A stretch of 64,000 bases of DNA from Lytechinus pictus. Lineage: Eukaryota. Where the stretch lies: contig NC_087249.1 in assembly GCF_037042905.1 (NCBI RefSeq), forward strand, positions 9,612,001 through 9,676,000, in the 5' to 3' direction. Numbering within the stretch: the first letter of the stretch is position 1; each line of letters starts with the position of its first letter. Made by a program: the position numbers and the translations under genes. This document shows positions 1-11,487 of the stretch, one piece after another. The notes below the pieces were generated by a model. That model was not told the DNA's origin and did no database searches. It saw only the letters and a program-made list of their open reading frames with translations.

Positions 1-399
1 AATATATGTGTCTCTCTCTGTGCCTGGCTGTTTGGTCTCTCCCTTTATGTCTATCTGCATTGTTCTTTTCAACCCAATTCACTGTCTTGGTTCAACTTCA
101 CTCATCAACCATTCAAAAATCATACATATTAAAAAATCAATAATAATGCAGCCCTCTTTAAAACTGCATTCACATCAAACTTTCTTTTCAAATACACCTG
201 AAACCGATGATATCACATTTCCTTCTTACAAGATATAAAACTTTGTTAAAAGGGTTTATCTTCAACTGCTTCATCATTCCGCTGCACTGTACTGCCCGGG
301 AAAATCAAGAGCAAGTAACATATTTGGCCCCTAATTTTCAGGCCAGTCTCTGTCTGCTAAACTCTGTATGTATGATGTGGGTAATTCAAGAGAAACAAT

Positions 400-1002
400 G
401 ACTGTTCCAGGCTGGAAATATGTATATCTCAATCAATAGAGTAAAATTCACAGAGCAAAATGCTGAAAATTTGATCAAAATTGGATAACAAATAACAAAG
501 TTAATGAATTTTAAAGATTTGCATTATTCTGGTGAAACCGTTCTAGGCATGTCTTCATGAATATTCACTAGGTGGGCTGATGATGTCATATCCCCACTTG
601 TTCTTTTGTATTTTATTATATGAAATTAGATTTATTCAAAAATTTTCTACCAAGAACTAAAATAATTGGATTGACAACTGATTAAGTGCATTAGTTATTT
701 ACTGCGGCAACCTATTCATCATAATGGAGACAAATAAATTACACATGTATGAAAAAATGAAACAATTATGATTTCATGTAATAACATAAGAAAAAGGAAA
801 GTGGGGATATAATATCATAAGCCCACCTAATGTATATTCATAATGATGTGCATACAGTATAACTGTTTGAAAAAAAATATTGATAAACTTTAAAATTCAA
901 TAACTTTATTAGTTGTTATCCGATTTTGATGAAATTTTCAGCATTTTGCTCTGTGAATTTTACTCTATTTAGATATATATATTTTCAGTCCGGACCATCC
1001 CT
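400..1002. mobile_element. Kolobok/T2-type MITE, older copy of the same family
   Basis: Ends CCGGACCATCCCT|TTAA; internal GTGGGCTGATGATGTCA and CAAAATGCTGAAAAT blocks shared; left end degraded. Confidence 0.82.
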
Positions 1003-1425
1003 TTAATTCTACTTAAAATACAGAAGAAACATGGGGGTACAAACAGTTAGTATCTCCATGGAAGACTTATGGTGGCAGCAGTGGGATTGTAAATAAAATT
1101 ATTGATTGCATGAACAGACTTTTACATAATTACACAAAATTAGAAAATTAGAATTCCTAATGGTGTTTCTGAGCTTCAACACAGCTTCAGCACTTTGACT
1201 GAACATCCTTTGTTAAAGTTATAATTTAAAACAGTTTCTAGTAGGGATTTTGGAAAACAACACAAAAACATTTCTGACAATCAGCCAGAAAACTGCAACA
1301 AAACATCTATCAATCAACCCAATTAAATGCTTCTTCCATACACTACCCCTGGTTTTCATGACATTATTCTGACAAAACAAGATTGGTTCTGTCTATAGTT
1401 CTGTGAACAGAGCATTGGTAAATGC

Positions 1426-1868
1426 TAGACAGCTGGCAGCCCTCTGTTTCGAGAAGTTTTCAGACATTTCTAAAATTTTGTAGTTCTCCTCGTACACAGA
1501 TAGCTCGCGATCATGCAGCCCCCATTAGGGGGTTAACAATGCAAAATCCCCCCGACGGGGCTCATCGATTTTTGTCTTTATTTCATAAAATATATAAAAA
1601 GAACTGGACCAAAATAAAGATTATTATTCCGTTTTGGACTGAAATGCACCAAAACGGGAAGAATAAACTTTAAAGGAAAAAAATAGTGACTTACTTCGGC
1701 TGTCGCGCAACTCCCACTTCCCTGGTTTATCCGAACTTAATACATAAACAAATGGCCATTGAGTCCCTGTACAGATCGTGTTAGAACTTCGGTCTCTGTA
1801 ATCGGTGAGTGGAGCCAACGGAGTTCAGCAGAACAACCAATACAACAGAGACCAAAGCTTTTGGTCTA
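1426..1868 (+). mobile_element. 443-bp non-autonomous element, TAGAC...GTCTA ends, 9-bp TSD GGTAAATGC
   Basis: TSD at 1417-1425 and 1869-1877; related copies at 23804-27155 and 46925-47062. Confidence 0.88.
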
Positions 1869-3152
1869 GGTAAATGCATGCAACCCAAGAAGATCTTGAG
1901 TGCATGAAATATTTGTATGTAATGGCTGGGGTGCTTAAACTCTACTCTAGCTGTTTCAAAAAGTCACATGTTTTAGTGGCAGCAGTGGGAAAGAACCAAT
2001 TAATTATCAGTAAATTGACTGGTGACTAAAATAAAAGTTATCTTTAACATTATGGAATATATGACAGGCATGTATGATCACATGCCATATTCAAAGATCA
2101 ATGAAAGTCTGTGCTTAGAGTGAAGGAATTTTCATTCAAGAAAAAGTACTCAATCACTGTCGATTCGAACTGTCTTCGATGAACAGGTGGGATGAGAAAT
2201 ATTGAAAGACAAAACGGGGTAAGTCGTGCAGTTTCCCTCAAGAAATCACATTCACACCCTAGCTCTCACATGGATAATAACCTGTTGTTAAAATCATGGC
2301 AAGACTTGCAAATCTATTATTTTGAGACTGGTAATGCTTCGCAGGCATCTTTTTAAAAGAATTAATGGGGTAGTGCAGGGATAAGGAAAGAAGTTTTATT
2401 TCAGATTTGAAGGGGTTTTCAAATAGTGAAGAAGACTTGTCAGTTGGACATTTGTGTAACAAATCCCACATATGCTTCTGAACAATATGAACATGGTAAG
2501 ATGAGGTCCTATTCTTCCTTTAAAAAACTTGTTTTCTAGAAAACCCCTCCATCACATATTCTTAAGGGGCATGTATATGACCACTTTTCCAATAAGTTTT
2601 AGACAATTTTTCTCATCCTGAACATGTGACAATGGACGTTTTCATGAAGTATCTGATCAGTGATTTTATTGACACCATTCATTTTCAGCCAATCAGATAC
2701 AAGGATTTCAGTAGCTTATATCTATAACAGTCTTTAGTGAAAACCACTAACAAGATGTTCAATGAAATGCTCCCAAGATTTTGTACTTTCCTTTAAATCT
2801 ACATTGATATCTTACCGACTACTTCCAAACACTCTCTCATCGCAAAAATTGCCTGGAGGGGATATCAAGTCATTATGGGTTAAACGTCAAGACATGTGAG
2901 TGATCAACATGGGGGTAGGTGGGTTTCAAAAACAAATTGAAGAGTCATAAAAACAGAGGCAGCCCCTGATCATTCATCTTCATTACATTTTCATACGAAA
3001 ATTAAAGACAGGGCAAGGGGTTGACCCCAAAAGCCAATCATGTAACCATGGACCTACCATGTTCAGGCTTGCAGACGTACATGGTTGGCACCGTGCCCAC
3101 CCCAGCACATTAGCCTCATTCTCTTGCAAGTATCCTTGTATTTGAATTTATC

Positions 3153-3390
3153 GGACATGATGGCTCAGTGGTAGAGTGTCCGACTCATGAATGGGAGGTT
3201 CGTGGGTTCTATCCCAGGCTGAGTCATACCAAAGACTTATAACAATGGGACCTTCTGCCTTCATGCTAGGCGCTCAAGTTTTAGATTGGAAAAGGGTAAT
3301 AATAACAGGTTATGTTATGCAGGGCCCACTGGCAGAGCAGTTTCCTATCAAACTGAAGTGGCTACCCTGGGTAAATAGAATGTCATTATT
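3153..3390 (+). mobile_element. tRNA-derived SINE
   Basis: A box TGGCTCAGTGG (3161), B box GGTTCTATCCC (3205), tail GCAGGGCCC...GCTACCCTGGGTAAATA; related minus-strand copy at 57518-58146. Confidence 0.85.
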
Positions 3391-4010
3391 TTATAATTTG
3401 GGCAATTCCATGAAATATGTACATGGGACCTCCCATATGTAAGATTTCTTTGAAAAGTTTCATCAGTTTTTCTAGTTCATACAAAAAGTTGCAATGCTCT
3501 TACATGTACATCATCAAAGCTTGAGCAGATTGTGAAGTGAAAAGAAAAAAAATAGGGGTCAAAATTCAGAAGTACAAAAAGGTTCATAAATTGAAAGAAT
3601 TGCTCATAAATATTATCAAAATTCCTTGTCATTGGCCTTTTTTAATTATTTAAATCATATCTGTTTGAAAATAATGGTTTTAATGTGTGTATAATCTTTG
3701 AAAATTTGTTAGAAATATTACAATAGGTAAACATTTTTTTGTAAAAAACATGATTTGACTACAAAATTGCACTACTCACAGAAATACATTGAAGTCCTTA
3801 TTCATATAGCCATTAATAAACTATAGTTCCCGTCTTGAGCTTATATATTTGATGACATTACATCTTAAAATAAAATTTTTAATAATCTGCTCTAGATTTC
3901 ATTGGGTGTCTCAATTATATAATTTAGCCTACAATTTTTGTATACAAATTTTAAAAAAAGTAAGGCAAAAAAAAAATCAATTGTTGGCCAATGTATATTT
4001 TTTCTATCGT

Positions 4011-4439
4011 AGACACCGTTCTCACTACCGTCCTAAAACTAGTTTACTGGAAACAAGTTTAGCGTGTAGTGAAAACGGTTGAAGCGATCTTCCAAACCGT
4101 TTAGAAAACCACCTCGTGATGTAGTTTTCAGATCACTTTGCCTCGTTAAACTGGTTTTAGCGTGAGGACACAATTGTTCTTCGGGAAGCGATCTTCGCAC
4201 ATTTTGAACGCGCTACTCCACACACTGAGTGTAGAATGCCTACGCAGCAGTTTCGAATTTCGCGCTAAACATGTCACCCCACTAAAAGCGTTCCTATAGC
4301 AACAAGATCGCTTTACGTGAAGTGATTTTGAAAACCACTTTCGGGTGAATGGGAACGCTAGTAAAGCTATCTTCCAAACTGGTTTCCTGAACCAGTTTCC
4401 AGTAAACTAGTTTTAGAAAGCGTAATGAAAACGGTGTCT
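4011..4439. mobile_element. MITE with TIR AGACACCGTT...AAAACTAGTTTACTGGAAAC
   Basis: Imperfect TIRs; second, inverted copy at about 19089-19516. Confidence 0.8.
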
Positions 4440-5353
4440 AATTTGATCATTTGACCAAGGAATTATTATTGTTTTTTTAATCATTAAAGCCTGTCTTAAG
4501 CTTCGGTAAATCCCCAAGAATGTGGCTTATCCTTATTCCAAGGCTATTACCATGCCTATACTCTGACAGTGTGAACAGGCCTGTTCAGGGAGTAAGGAAC
4601 TTGCCATTTTTGGCAGCTCTGTAATGTACCCCCTGGTAGATGGGACGTCACATTCACACTTGCTCTTATACATCTCCCCCGATTTCTTCCCCCTCGAGTT
4701 GTTCCATTAATCTTTATCGTGGTTGAAAATGTTGGATTTTTTATCCTGTTACTTTAGGCCCCTTCATATAATGTAGGCAACAGCTTTTCACTGATACATC
4801 TTTGGGTTATATTTATATGATTGGTATTGATAGTATACTTCTCAATCATGTGTAAACAGACATAATATAATGAAACATATCTTTGAATAGACAAACAGAA
4901 TTATATAAATATTAACTCTAAACAGATTTTGATTTCTCTTTTTTGTCACACCATGGACACTGACGAAGAGTGTGTCTTTACTTTCATTTCTGTGAGCTTT
5001 GCTCCATGTTCTTTTAAAATCTATGATTTTTTATGGCATTCTACTATAACCAATTGTGATTCTTGGACTTTAATAGCGGCCAAGCAGACCAATTTTCTAT
5101 TTTTATAAAGATTTAAATGTATCTAAACTATCTACTGACTTTTTTTAACATAGCAGTTGAAATGCACAAATGCGTGGATATGTTGCATGCAGATCAAGTT
5201 TCCTTTTTCTATTCATCTTTTTTTGCAAGGATTGGGAGGATGGTGGAATAATTTCATCGTGAACATGGGACTAATTAAGGATAGAATACATACATCTCTA
5301 TGGCAACCAAATTAACCATGGTAACTGAAAATCCAATTTACAGTCAAACTCAC

Positions 5354-5401
5354 CTCCTCCGATGTCTTCCCTCACCATCACTACCACTGCTATCACGAGA
5401 T
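5354..5401 (-). CDS. EPB41L4A: FERM gene exon 13: (K)SRDSSGSDGEGRHRR; gene continues, downstream exons not identified
   Basis: CTAG acceptor after a T-rich tract, GAG|GTGAGT donor, 48 nt, phase 2-2; same composition as exons 11-12. Confidence 0.8.
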
Positions 5402-5664
5402 CTAGCACAAAAGATAAATACAAACAAACAAATCAGAATAGAGTTGGTGGGTGAATGCATTCCCATTTACATAAAGTATATTTTTGTAAGTATCTCATAC
5501 TGACAGTTCTCATACACCTTACATTACATCATTATTTTGGTGTACTTTAATGTAAACTCTCTGTGTCTTTCACATTTCTACACAAATAAACATTATCTCT
5601 TTTAACAAATCAATTTTGACTAATTGAATTTGAAACTGAAAGATAATTCAATGATTCCACTAGG

Positions 5665-5778
5665 CAGTGGCGGACTGTAACCTGGAGGAGACAAAGCATT
5701 GGAGGGGCACAGCATTGTTAAAAAACAATACAGTTCCCCTCCAATGCTTTGTTTCCTCCAGGTCACGGTCCACCACTA
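5665..5778. mobile_element. 114-bp foldback element (CAGTGGCGGAC...GTCCACCACTA)
   Basis: CCTGGAGGAGACAAAGCATTGGAGGGG pairs with CCCCTCCAATGCTTTGTTTCCTCCAGG; flanks CCACTAGG / TCACTAGC may be a decayed 8-bp TSD. Confidence 0.7.
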
Positions 5779-5919
5779 TCACTAGCAGAGATGCCAACCT
5801 CCAAAAAGCAAAAACAGTATTCTGAGAGGAAAAAACCAGTATTTTGATTTTTAAAAAAGTATTTTGTAAAATATAACGAAGCAAAACGACCGAACAGTGG
5901 CACAAAATAAAAAGGGAAT

Positions 5920-7030
5920 CACTGAAAATAATTATAAAACAAGAAACAAAGAAAAAATGAATTAAAGAAAATGAAGGAAAAAAGAAAGAAAGTTAGAATA
6001 AAAGAAGGATGAAAGAAATAATCAAGGAAAGAAGAAAGGTTTCCTTCATTCTTTGAAATAAATAAAACAGAAAAAGAGGAAAGAAAAAGAAAGGAAGGGA
6101 TGATAAATGAATGTTTGAACGACAAAAAAGAAAAGAAAAAACATGGAGGATGAATGAAGGAAAGAAGGAAAGAATTTTTTTTTTCATTCCTTGAGAAAAA
6201 CTTGAAGAAAACAGGAAGGGAGGGAGAAAGGAAGGAAGGGAATAGCAAAAAGGAAAAAGAATGAAATAAAGGATGAAGGAGAGGAAGGAAAGAATAAAAA
6301 AGAAAGAAAATAATAGGAGAGAAAGAAAAAGAAAAGGGAGAGGAAGGGAAAAGGATGCAGACAATTTTAAGAAATGAAAGAATGAAAGAAAAAATAAAAT
6401 TTAAAAAAAAAGAAGGAAAGTAAGAAAAAGAAAGAAAAACAATGAGGGACATGTAAAGAAGGAAAGAATGAAGAAAATAAATGAACACAGAAAAAAGGAA
6501 GGAAAGCTAGGAAATAATAAGAAATAAATATAGATGGAATGGAAAAGGGAATTTAGAAAAGATAGGATGGAGAAAGAAGGAATGGTAAAAGAAAAAGAAA
6601 AAATCAGGAAGGAAGATAAGAAAGAATAAGGGAAAGGAAAAGAAAAGGAAGGAAAGAATGAAGCGAAAGAGAGAGTGAAAGCAAGAAAAGAATGAAAGAA
6701 AAGAAGAAAGAGGGAATGACAGAAAGAATGAAAAAAGAGGAGAGGAAGGGAACAAAAAAAATAAGGAAAGAAAGAAGAAAGGAAATAAAAGGAAAGTAAG
6801 AAAAGGAAGGAAGGGAAGAACAAAAAATGAACAGAGAGAGAAAAAGGATCAGGAAAGAAAGCTAGGAAAGATTTGAAATAAGATAAAACAAAAAAAGCAA
6901 GCAGGAAGGATAGAAGAAAGGATGAAGAAAAAAAGATAGAAAAGAAAGAAAATGAACGTAAGAAAGCAATAAAGAAAGAAATGAAGAAAGAATTAAAGAG
7001 GAAAAAAAATCCAGCTTCAAGCAAACAAAA
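5920..7030 (+). repeat. 1.1-kb purine-rich (GAAA/GGAA) low-complexity tract
   Basis: Almost all A/G on the plus strand; source of the spurious F/L/S-rich ORFs. Confidence 0.95.
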
Positions 7031-8255
7031 CAAATGTAATCATCTAACATAAATCTTACTGATATTTGTCTTTTTTTATAATATATTTAAAAATTGTTAG
7101 AAAACTAAAATGTTTTAGAAACGAATAAAATTTCAAAGTGAAACATTGTTGCGGCATCACACCATCTCTTCCCATTGTCTTGTCTTCTTGTTATCGGTGC
7201 GAACACGATAAGACTCAATTTCACTCAAAACAAAAGCTGAAACAACTAAACCGATCTAGTAATGAAAATTTGATAACTTGCTCCTACGACTACATCACCA
7301 AATCATTAATCTGAGGATCCATATATATGTAATTATAAAAATGTCCTGCCGATTTTGTGATTATTTTGTTGGAAAAACTGTTAATCATGTGAGATTTTTC
7401 ACTTTGATTCAGAGTTTGCAAATCTCCTCCGATCATGCAAGCCTGCCACACACCACACAGGCAGGCAGGCCAAGCCACGTGTGGCAGCTGGTACATGTAC
7501 CCTGTATGCTAACTTTGCGTGTGTGTGTGTGTCTGTGTGTAGATCCCAGAAAATCACGGAAAATGGCTTGCACTTTGAATTGATCTGAGTTAGTTTTTAA
7601 CTTTGTTTTTTTCTCTCTCTCTTCTGTATTTTTGCTTGTGAAATATGGGAGAACTTTGTAAACTTTAATCTTACACTGAGAAAGGGCATGACCAGTTTTG
7701 AAAAAGGGCACGTCGGCCAGGTAGAAAAAAGGGCACGGCCTTTTTGGCCGTGAATTGATCACTTTTTTGTAACTAAAGGCATCACGGCCAGTTATAGGGG
7801 CATCGACGGCCTGGCCGTCGATTAATTTTATGGTATACCTTAAATTTATGCCCTGCACAAAGCACCATCACATTGGGGATTTTTTATGCGTAATTCATTA
7901 CCGCACTACCTATCATAATGCACACTCACCTTAAACACCCAGCTAGCTAAACACAATGCATATTGTACACGATTGAAATTTTAAGAAAACGTATTTTACA
8001 AAGAAAAAAAGTAACGCTGTATTTTGGGTGAAAAAACAGAACAAATACGGCAAAAACGTAACGGTCATTTGAGATAACATGCATACTAGTTCATATAATT
8101 TTGACAAATGCATTGCAAATAATGGGTGTCAATATTTGAAATATTCAATGGGATATGTTCATTTCATGATCTTTTCCCAATCAATAGAAATCAATAAAGC
8201 AATGACAATAAAATATTGCAAATATTAAAAAAAAAATTTCTATTCATCCACTCAC

Positions 8256-8330
8256 TTTCTTCTTCTCCTTCTCCTCCGATGGCTTGTCTCATCCCCACTT
8301 GCCTCTGATCCCGTTAACGACCTTCTGTAC
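8256..8330 (-). CDS. EPB41L4A: FERM gene exon 12: (R)YRRSLTGSEASGDETSHRRRRRRR
   Basis: TTACAG acceptor, GTGAGT donor, 75 nt, phase 2-2, open frame. Confidence 0.85.
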
Positions 8331-8567
8331 CTGTAACAACAAAATCAACAGAGATGATAAAAACAGTTAATAGCTGGATTTATATAGCAAGGACGCACAA
8401 GAACATGCAAAACTAAGGAACAGCAAGCGGTTTGGGCAGGCATTAATGCAACGTTAGAATTAAATTTACCATGAATTATTCATTATCATATTTTCCAGAG
8501 ACTTTCATTAATTAATCTTTACTAATCACACACGATGTATCTTATCTATTGTGCAAATTATGTTTAC

Positions 8568-8717
8568 CTGTACTTTCTGGAGCTGATAGATTCTGTCTCG
8601 CTGCCTGATCGGTCGCCATGGTGATGTCTCCTCCTGCTAGTGCCTGGTGACGAGGATCTGGAGTGAGGCCGTCTTGGTCTGTGTACGGGAGACTCGCCGC
8701 TTCGTGTAAACAAACCC
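8568..8717 (-). CDS. EPB41L4A: FERM gene exon 11: (R)GLFTRSGESPVHRPRRPHSRSSSPGTSRRRHHHGDRSGSETESISSRKY
   Basis: TACAG acceptor, CAG|GTAAAC donor, 150 nt, phase 2-2; GC-rich open frame in AT-rich flanks, Arg/Ser-rich. Confidence 0.88.
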
Positions 8718-8929
8718 CTGTATGATTCAGAAAGCATCATAAAAAAATTTAATTATGAGATGGTTGAGTGATGAAAAGGTGAGCAAATAAATCTGTTTTT
8801 TGAAGAAAGATGGGGACTTTTTTTACATTTTCCCTAAGAACACATCAAAATTATTGCATAATATATGCCATAATTTTCACTGTTATCAAACTTAACATCA
8901 TATTCCCCATCATAATGAATGCCGTCTAC

Positions 8930-9262
8930 AGCAGCTTCATCATCACTACTATCATTGCCACTACCATGACCAATTATATCATCATCGTCAGTAACACCAC
9001 CACAAACATCATTATCGTCATCATCATCACCACCACAAACATCATCATCATCATCATAATCACCACCACTAACATCATCATCATCACCACCATCATCATC
9101 ACCATCACCTTAACCATCATCATCATCGTCGTCATCATCATCACCATCATCATAATCATCAAATTTATCATCATCACCATCACCATAACCATCATCATTA
9201 TCATCATCATCTTCATCCTCCTCCCTCATAATCATAATCATCACCACCACCATCTCCATCTT
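8930..9262. repeat. Imperfect (CAT/CAC)n microsatellite
   Basis: Direct reading; lies about 25 nt from the exon 10 donor. Confidence 0.95.
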
Positions 9263-9286
9263 CCGCACCACTGCATCCATCCTTAC

Positions 9287-9382
9287 CTATCTGATAGAGC
9301 TCCATCGGCATCATCCCAAGGCACAGACCTGATACTGATACCAGAGGTTGGACTCTCCCGACCACTCAACTGACTGTGTGTT
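9287..9382 (-). CDS. EPB41L4A: FERM gene exon 10: (R)THSQLSGRESPTSGISIRSVPWDDADGALSD
   Basis: CTAG acceptor, TAG|GTAAGG donor, 96 nt, phase 2-2, open frame; 'PW(D/E)...GL' also recalled from the EPB41L4A tail. Confidence 0.85.
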
Positions 9383-9540
9383 CTAGTGGCAAAGGGAACA
9401 AGATCTTAGATTGAACATGAATAGAATACTTACTAAAACTTCAGTTTGCCTTGATTTTAAAGGTCTAAAAAGCTTAAAATAAGAGCACATATAACAGCTA
9501 CCATACTAACAGTCAAGTAACCTGTGCTTTTCAACCAATC

Positions 9541-9751
9541 GCGATAGCTCAGTCGATAGAGCGGGGGTTTTATACTCCGGTGACCCGGGTCTGATTCCCA
9601 ATTGGTGCACTAGTGCCCTTTGGCAAAGCATTTAAATCCTCATTACCAGGTCCCTCATAGAGGATCTAAGCCGTTGTCCTCTGGTTGCTTGCTTACAAGC
9701 ATTTATGCTTTCTTAGCAATCAGGTAAAAAATCACTTCCATTTCCATTTCC
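9541..9751 (+). mobile_element. tRNA-derived SINE of a third family; its 3' half recurs at about 51765-51860
   Basis: TAGCTCAGTCGATAGAGC A box, degenerate B box, shared AAGCCGT.GGTCCTCTGGTTGCTTGCTTA...TTAGCAATCAGG. Confidence 0.75.
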
Positions 9752-10244
9752 AAAACAGATAATACTGTGATATACAATGCTTTCATAACTATAATCCCGA
9801 TCTCTAAGACTGCTTTAGATGTAGTTACAATGATGACAAATGCTATCAACACCAACAGAACATCATAGTATATTATTTGTAATTTCTTTTGTTGCAAGAA
9901 TGACCGAACAGAAGTAAGCTAACATTCCAAACTAGTTTTCACATGAAATAAAAGACTGCTAACCAGACTCGAACCCTGTGTAATCTAAGGATTACTTCAT
10001 AAAAGTTGTCAGCACTGACAAGTTGTCATTATACAACAGCTACCATAATAACAGTCAAGACACCTGTGCTTTTCAGCCGGATCATATGAGGTAGATTGTT
10101 CAGATTGGATTGGACTTGTCCAATGACAACAGATGACAAATGTTAATGAAATGGCATCCAGAACAGCAATTGTTAAGGGATTGAAATTTCTTTCTTATTT
10201 TGTCACAGATATCAAAATATTTCAAGTTTTGAAAAGAACCTCAC

Positions 10245-10487
10245 CTCCTGACTGGTTCCGGAGCAACAGACTTGGCGACTCTCCCGGACGACATCATCGT
10301 ACCATCTGCGTCGTCCATACCCGGTGATCCATTCATCATCAAGGAAGAATGGTTGACATAGAGACTCTGGTCAGCATCATTGCCCGAGACTCTCCTGAGG
10401 TAGCGACGGCTGGGAACCCTCTGAACCTGGGGCTCGGGTCGTCTCAGCCTCATGGAGTTCTGAAGTGCCTCCTCCTGGGTCCTGAAA
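10245..10487 (-). CDS. EPB41L4A: FERM gene exon 9: (S)FRTQEEALQNSMRLRRPEPQVQRVPSRRYLRRVSGND...VAPEPVR
   Basis: TTTCAG acceptor (second in-frame AG 6 nt downstream), GAG|GTGAGG donor, 243 nt, phase 2-2; FA motif RT....R.P...R..S.RY. Confidence 0.92.
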
Positions 10488-10555
10488 CTGAAACCAAAGA
10501 GAGAACGTTCTAGGAATTTGATGCACAACCTGAGAAAATCGTTCTATCAGCACTA

Positions 10556-10718
10556 GGGGAGCGTTTCATCAACATCTGTGTTCTGACAAATTGTCAGATA
10601 TGAGAACTTTCCCAGGTTCTGATTGGCTGAGAAGCACTGTTACTACGGTAACTGTCAGACAAAACAGAACGTAATTGTTGGATAAAAGGTCTGACAAGTC
10701 CTTTCATGAAACGCTTCT
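10556..10718. mobile_element. Harbinger-like short MITE family; other copies at about 2566-2774, 12348-12487 and 20045-20198
   Basis: GAGCGTTTCATCAAC...TTCATGAAACGCT ends; shared TGATTGGCTGAGA.GCACTGTT core. Confidence 0.65.
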
Positions 10719-10790
10719 CAGATTTACAATAATTCACTCAGATTAGAGGTAATATTAACACGAGGCAATTAATATATCAACTCATAATCT

Positions 10791-11082
10791 ATAATAATAA
10801 TAATAATATAGGTATATTTACCCAAGGAAGCTACATCAGTTCTGAAAACTGTTCTCCCAGCGGGCCCTGCTATTATTATTACCCCGGCTTTAGCTGGGCT
10901 GCCTAGGCGCTCAAGTATTCAAGGAATTTCTTCCTACCGGGTACCCATTCACCTCACCTGGGTTGAGTGCAGCACAATGTGGATAAATTTCTTGCTGAAG
11001 GAAATTACACCATGGCTGGGATTCGAACCCATGACCCTCTTTTTCAAAGTCAGAAGACTAATCCACTGGGCCACAACGCTCC
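10791..11082 (-). mobile_element. Full-length tRNA-derived SINE with (TAT)n tail; related degenerate copies at about 18645-18776 (-), 32005-32260 (+) and 62540-62715 (-)
   Basis: Minus strand TGGCCCAGTGG (A box), GGTTCGAATCCC (B box), central CAACCCAGGTG...AATGGGTACC block, 3' GCAGGGCCCGCTGG...GGGTAAATA. Confidence 0.88.
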
Positions 11083-11335
11083 ACACATCGTCTTTAACAA
11101 TCTATGTTTGTTAAAGACAAACATATACATACAAATACATCAAATTTATTGGAATTTATTGCTCTTAAATCTGTGGCTATATAGGCATGCACGACAAAAT
11201 TGAAATGCTCTCCTTAGAGTGGAAAAGAACCTGATGACAGCAGCAAACATATATTGGTTAAACCCTTCAGTGATATTGTTGCAATTTATCAAAGCTTTAA
11301 ACACTAAATAAAAACCCACCTATTATTATAATTAC

Positions 11336-11487
11336 CTGTATCTGCTACCATTGCTCTTGAGTGATTTGGTAAGAGTCCCATTGCGTTCGAGCATGGACGG
11401 CCTTAGCCTGAAGAACATATGCTGCTCTATGTAACACTGGAATAGATGCTTGCATGATGAGTGTGAGGGGAGTGTCCAAGAATACTC
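11336..11487 (-). CDS. EPB41L4A: FERM gene exon 8: EYSWTLPSHSSCKHLFQCYIEQHMFFRLRPSMLERNGTLTKSLKSNGSRY
   Basis: TAG acceptor after a T-rich tract, CAG|GTAATT donor, 152 nt, phase 0-2; CKHL..C.E.H.FFRL ends FERM F3 and leads into the FERM-adjacent (FA) region. Confidence 0.93.

Noticed and set aside
3153..3225. Possible tRNA genes (also 9541-9612, 11010-11082, 58070-58146)
   Set aside because: A and B boxes are present, but there is no clean cloverleaf and each runs into a SINE body and tail.
4551..4632. Possible exon 14 of the FERM gene
   Set aside because: AG and GT can be found around an open frame, but the acceptor is weak and the peptide does not resemble the expected tail.
5919..7050. 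Long F/L/S-rich ORFs (189, 210, 123 aa) resembling membrane proteins
   Set aside because: They are translations of the GA-rich low-complexity tract.
8810..9373. Poly-Ile/His and poly-Met ORFs
   Set aside because: Produced by the (CAT)n microsatellite; the real exon here is 9287-9382 on the minus strand.
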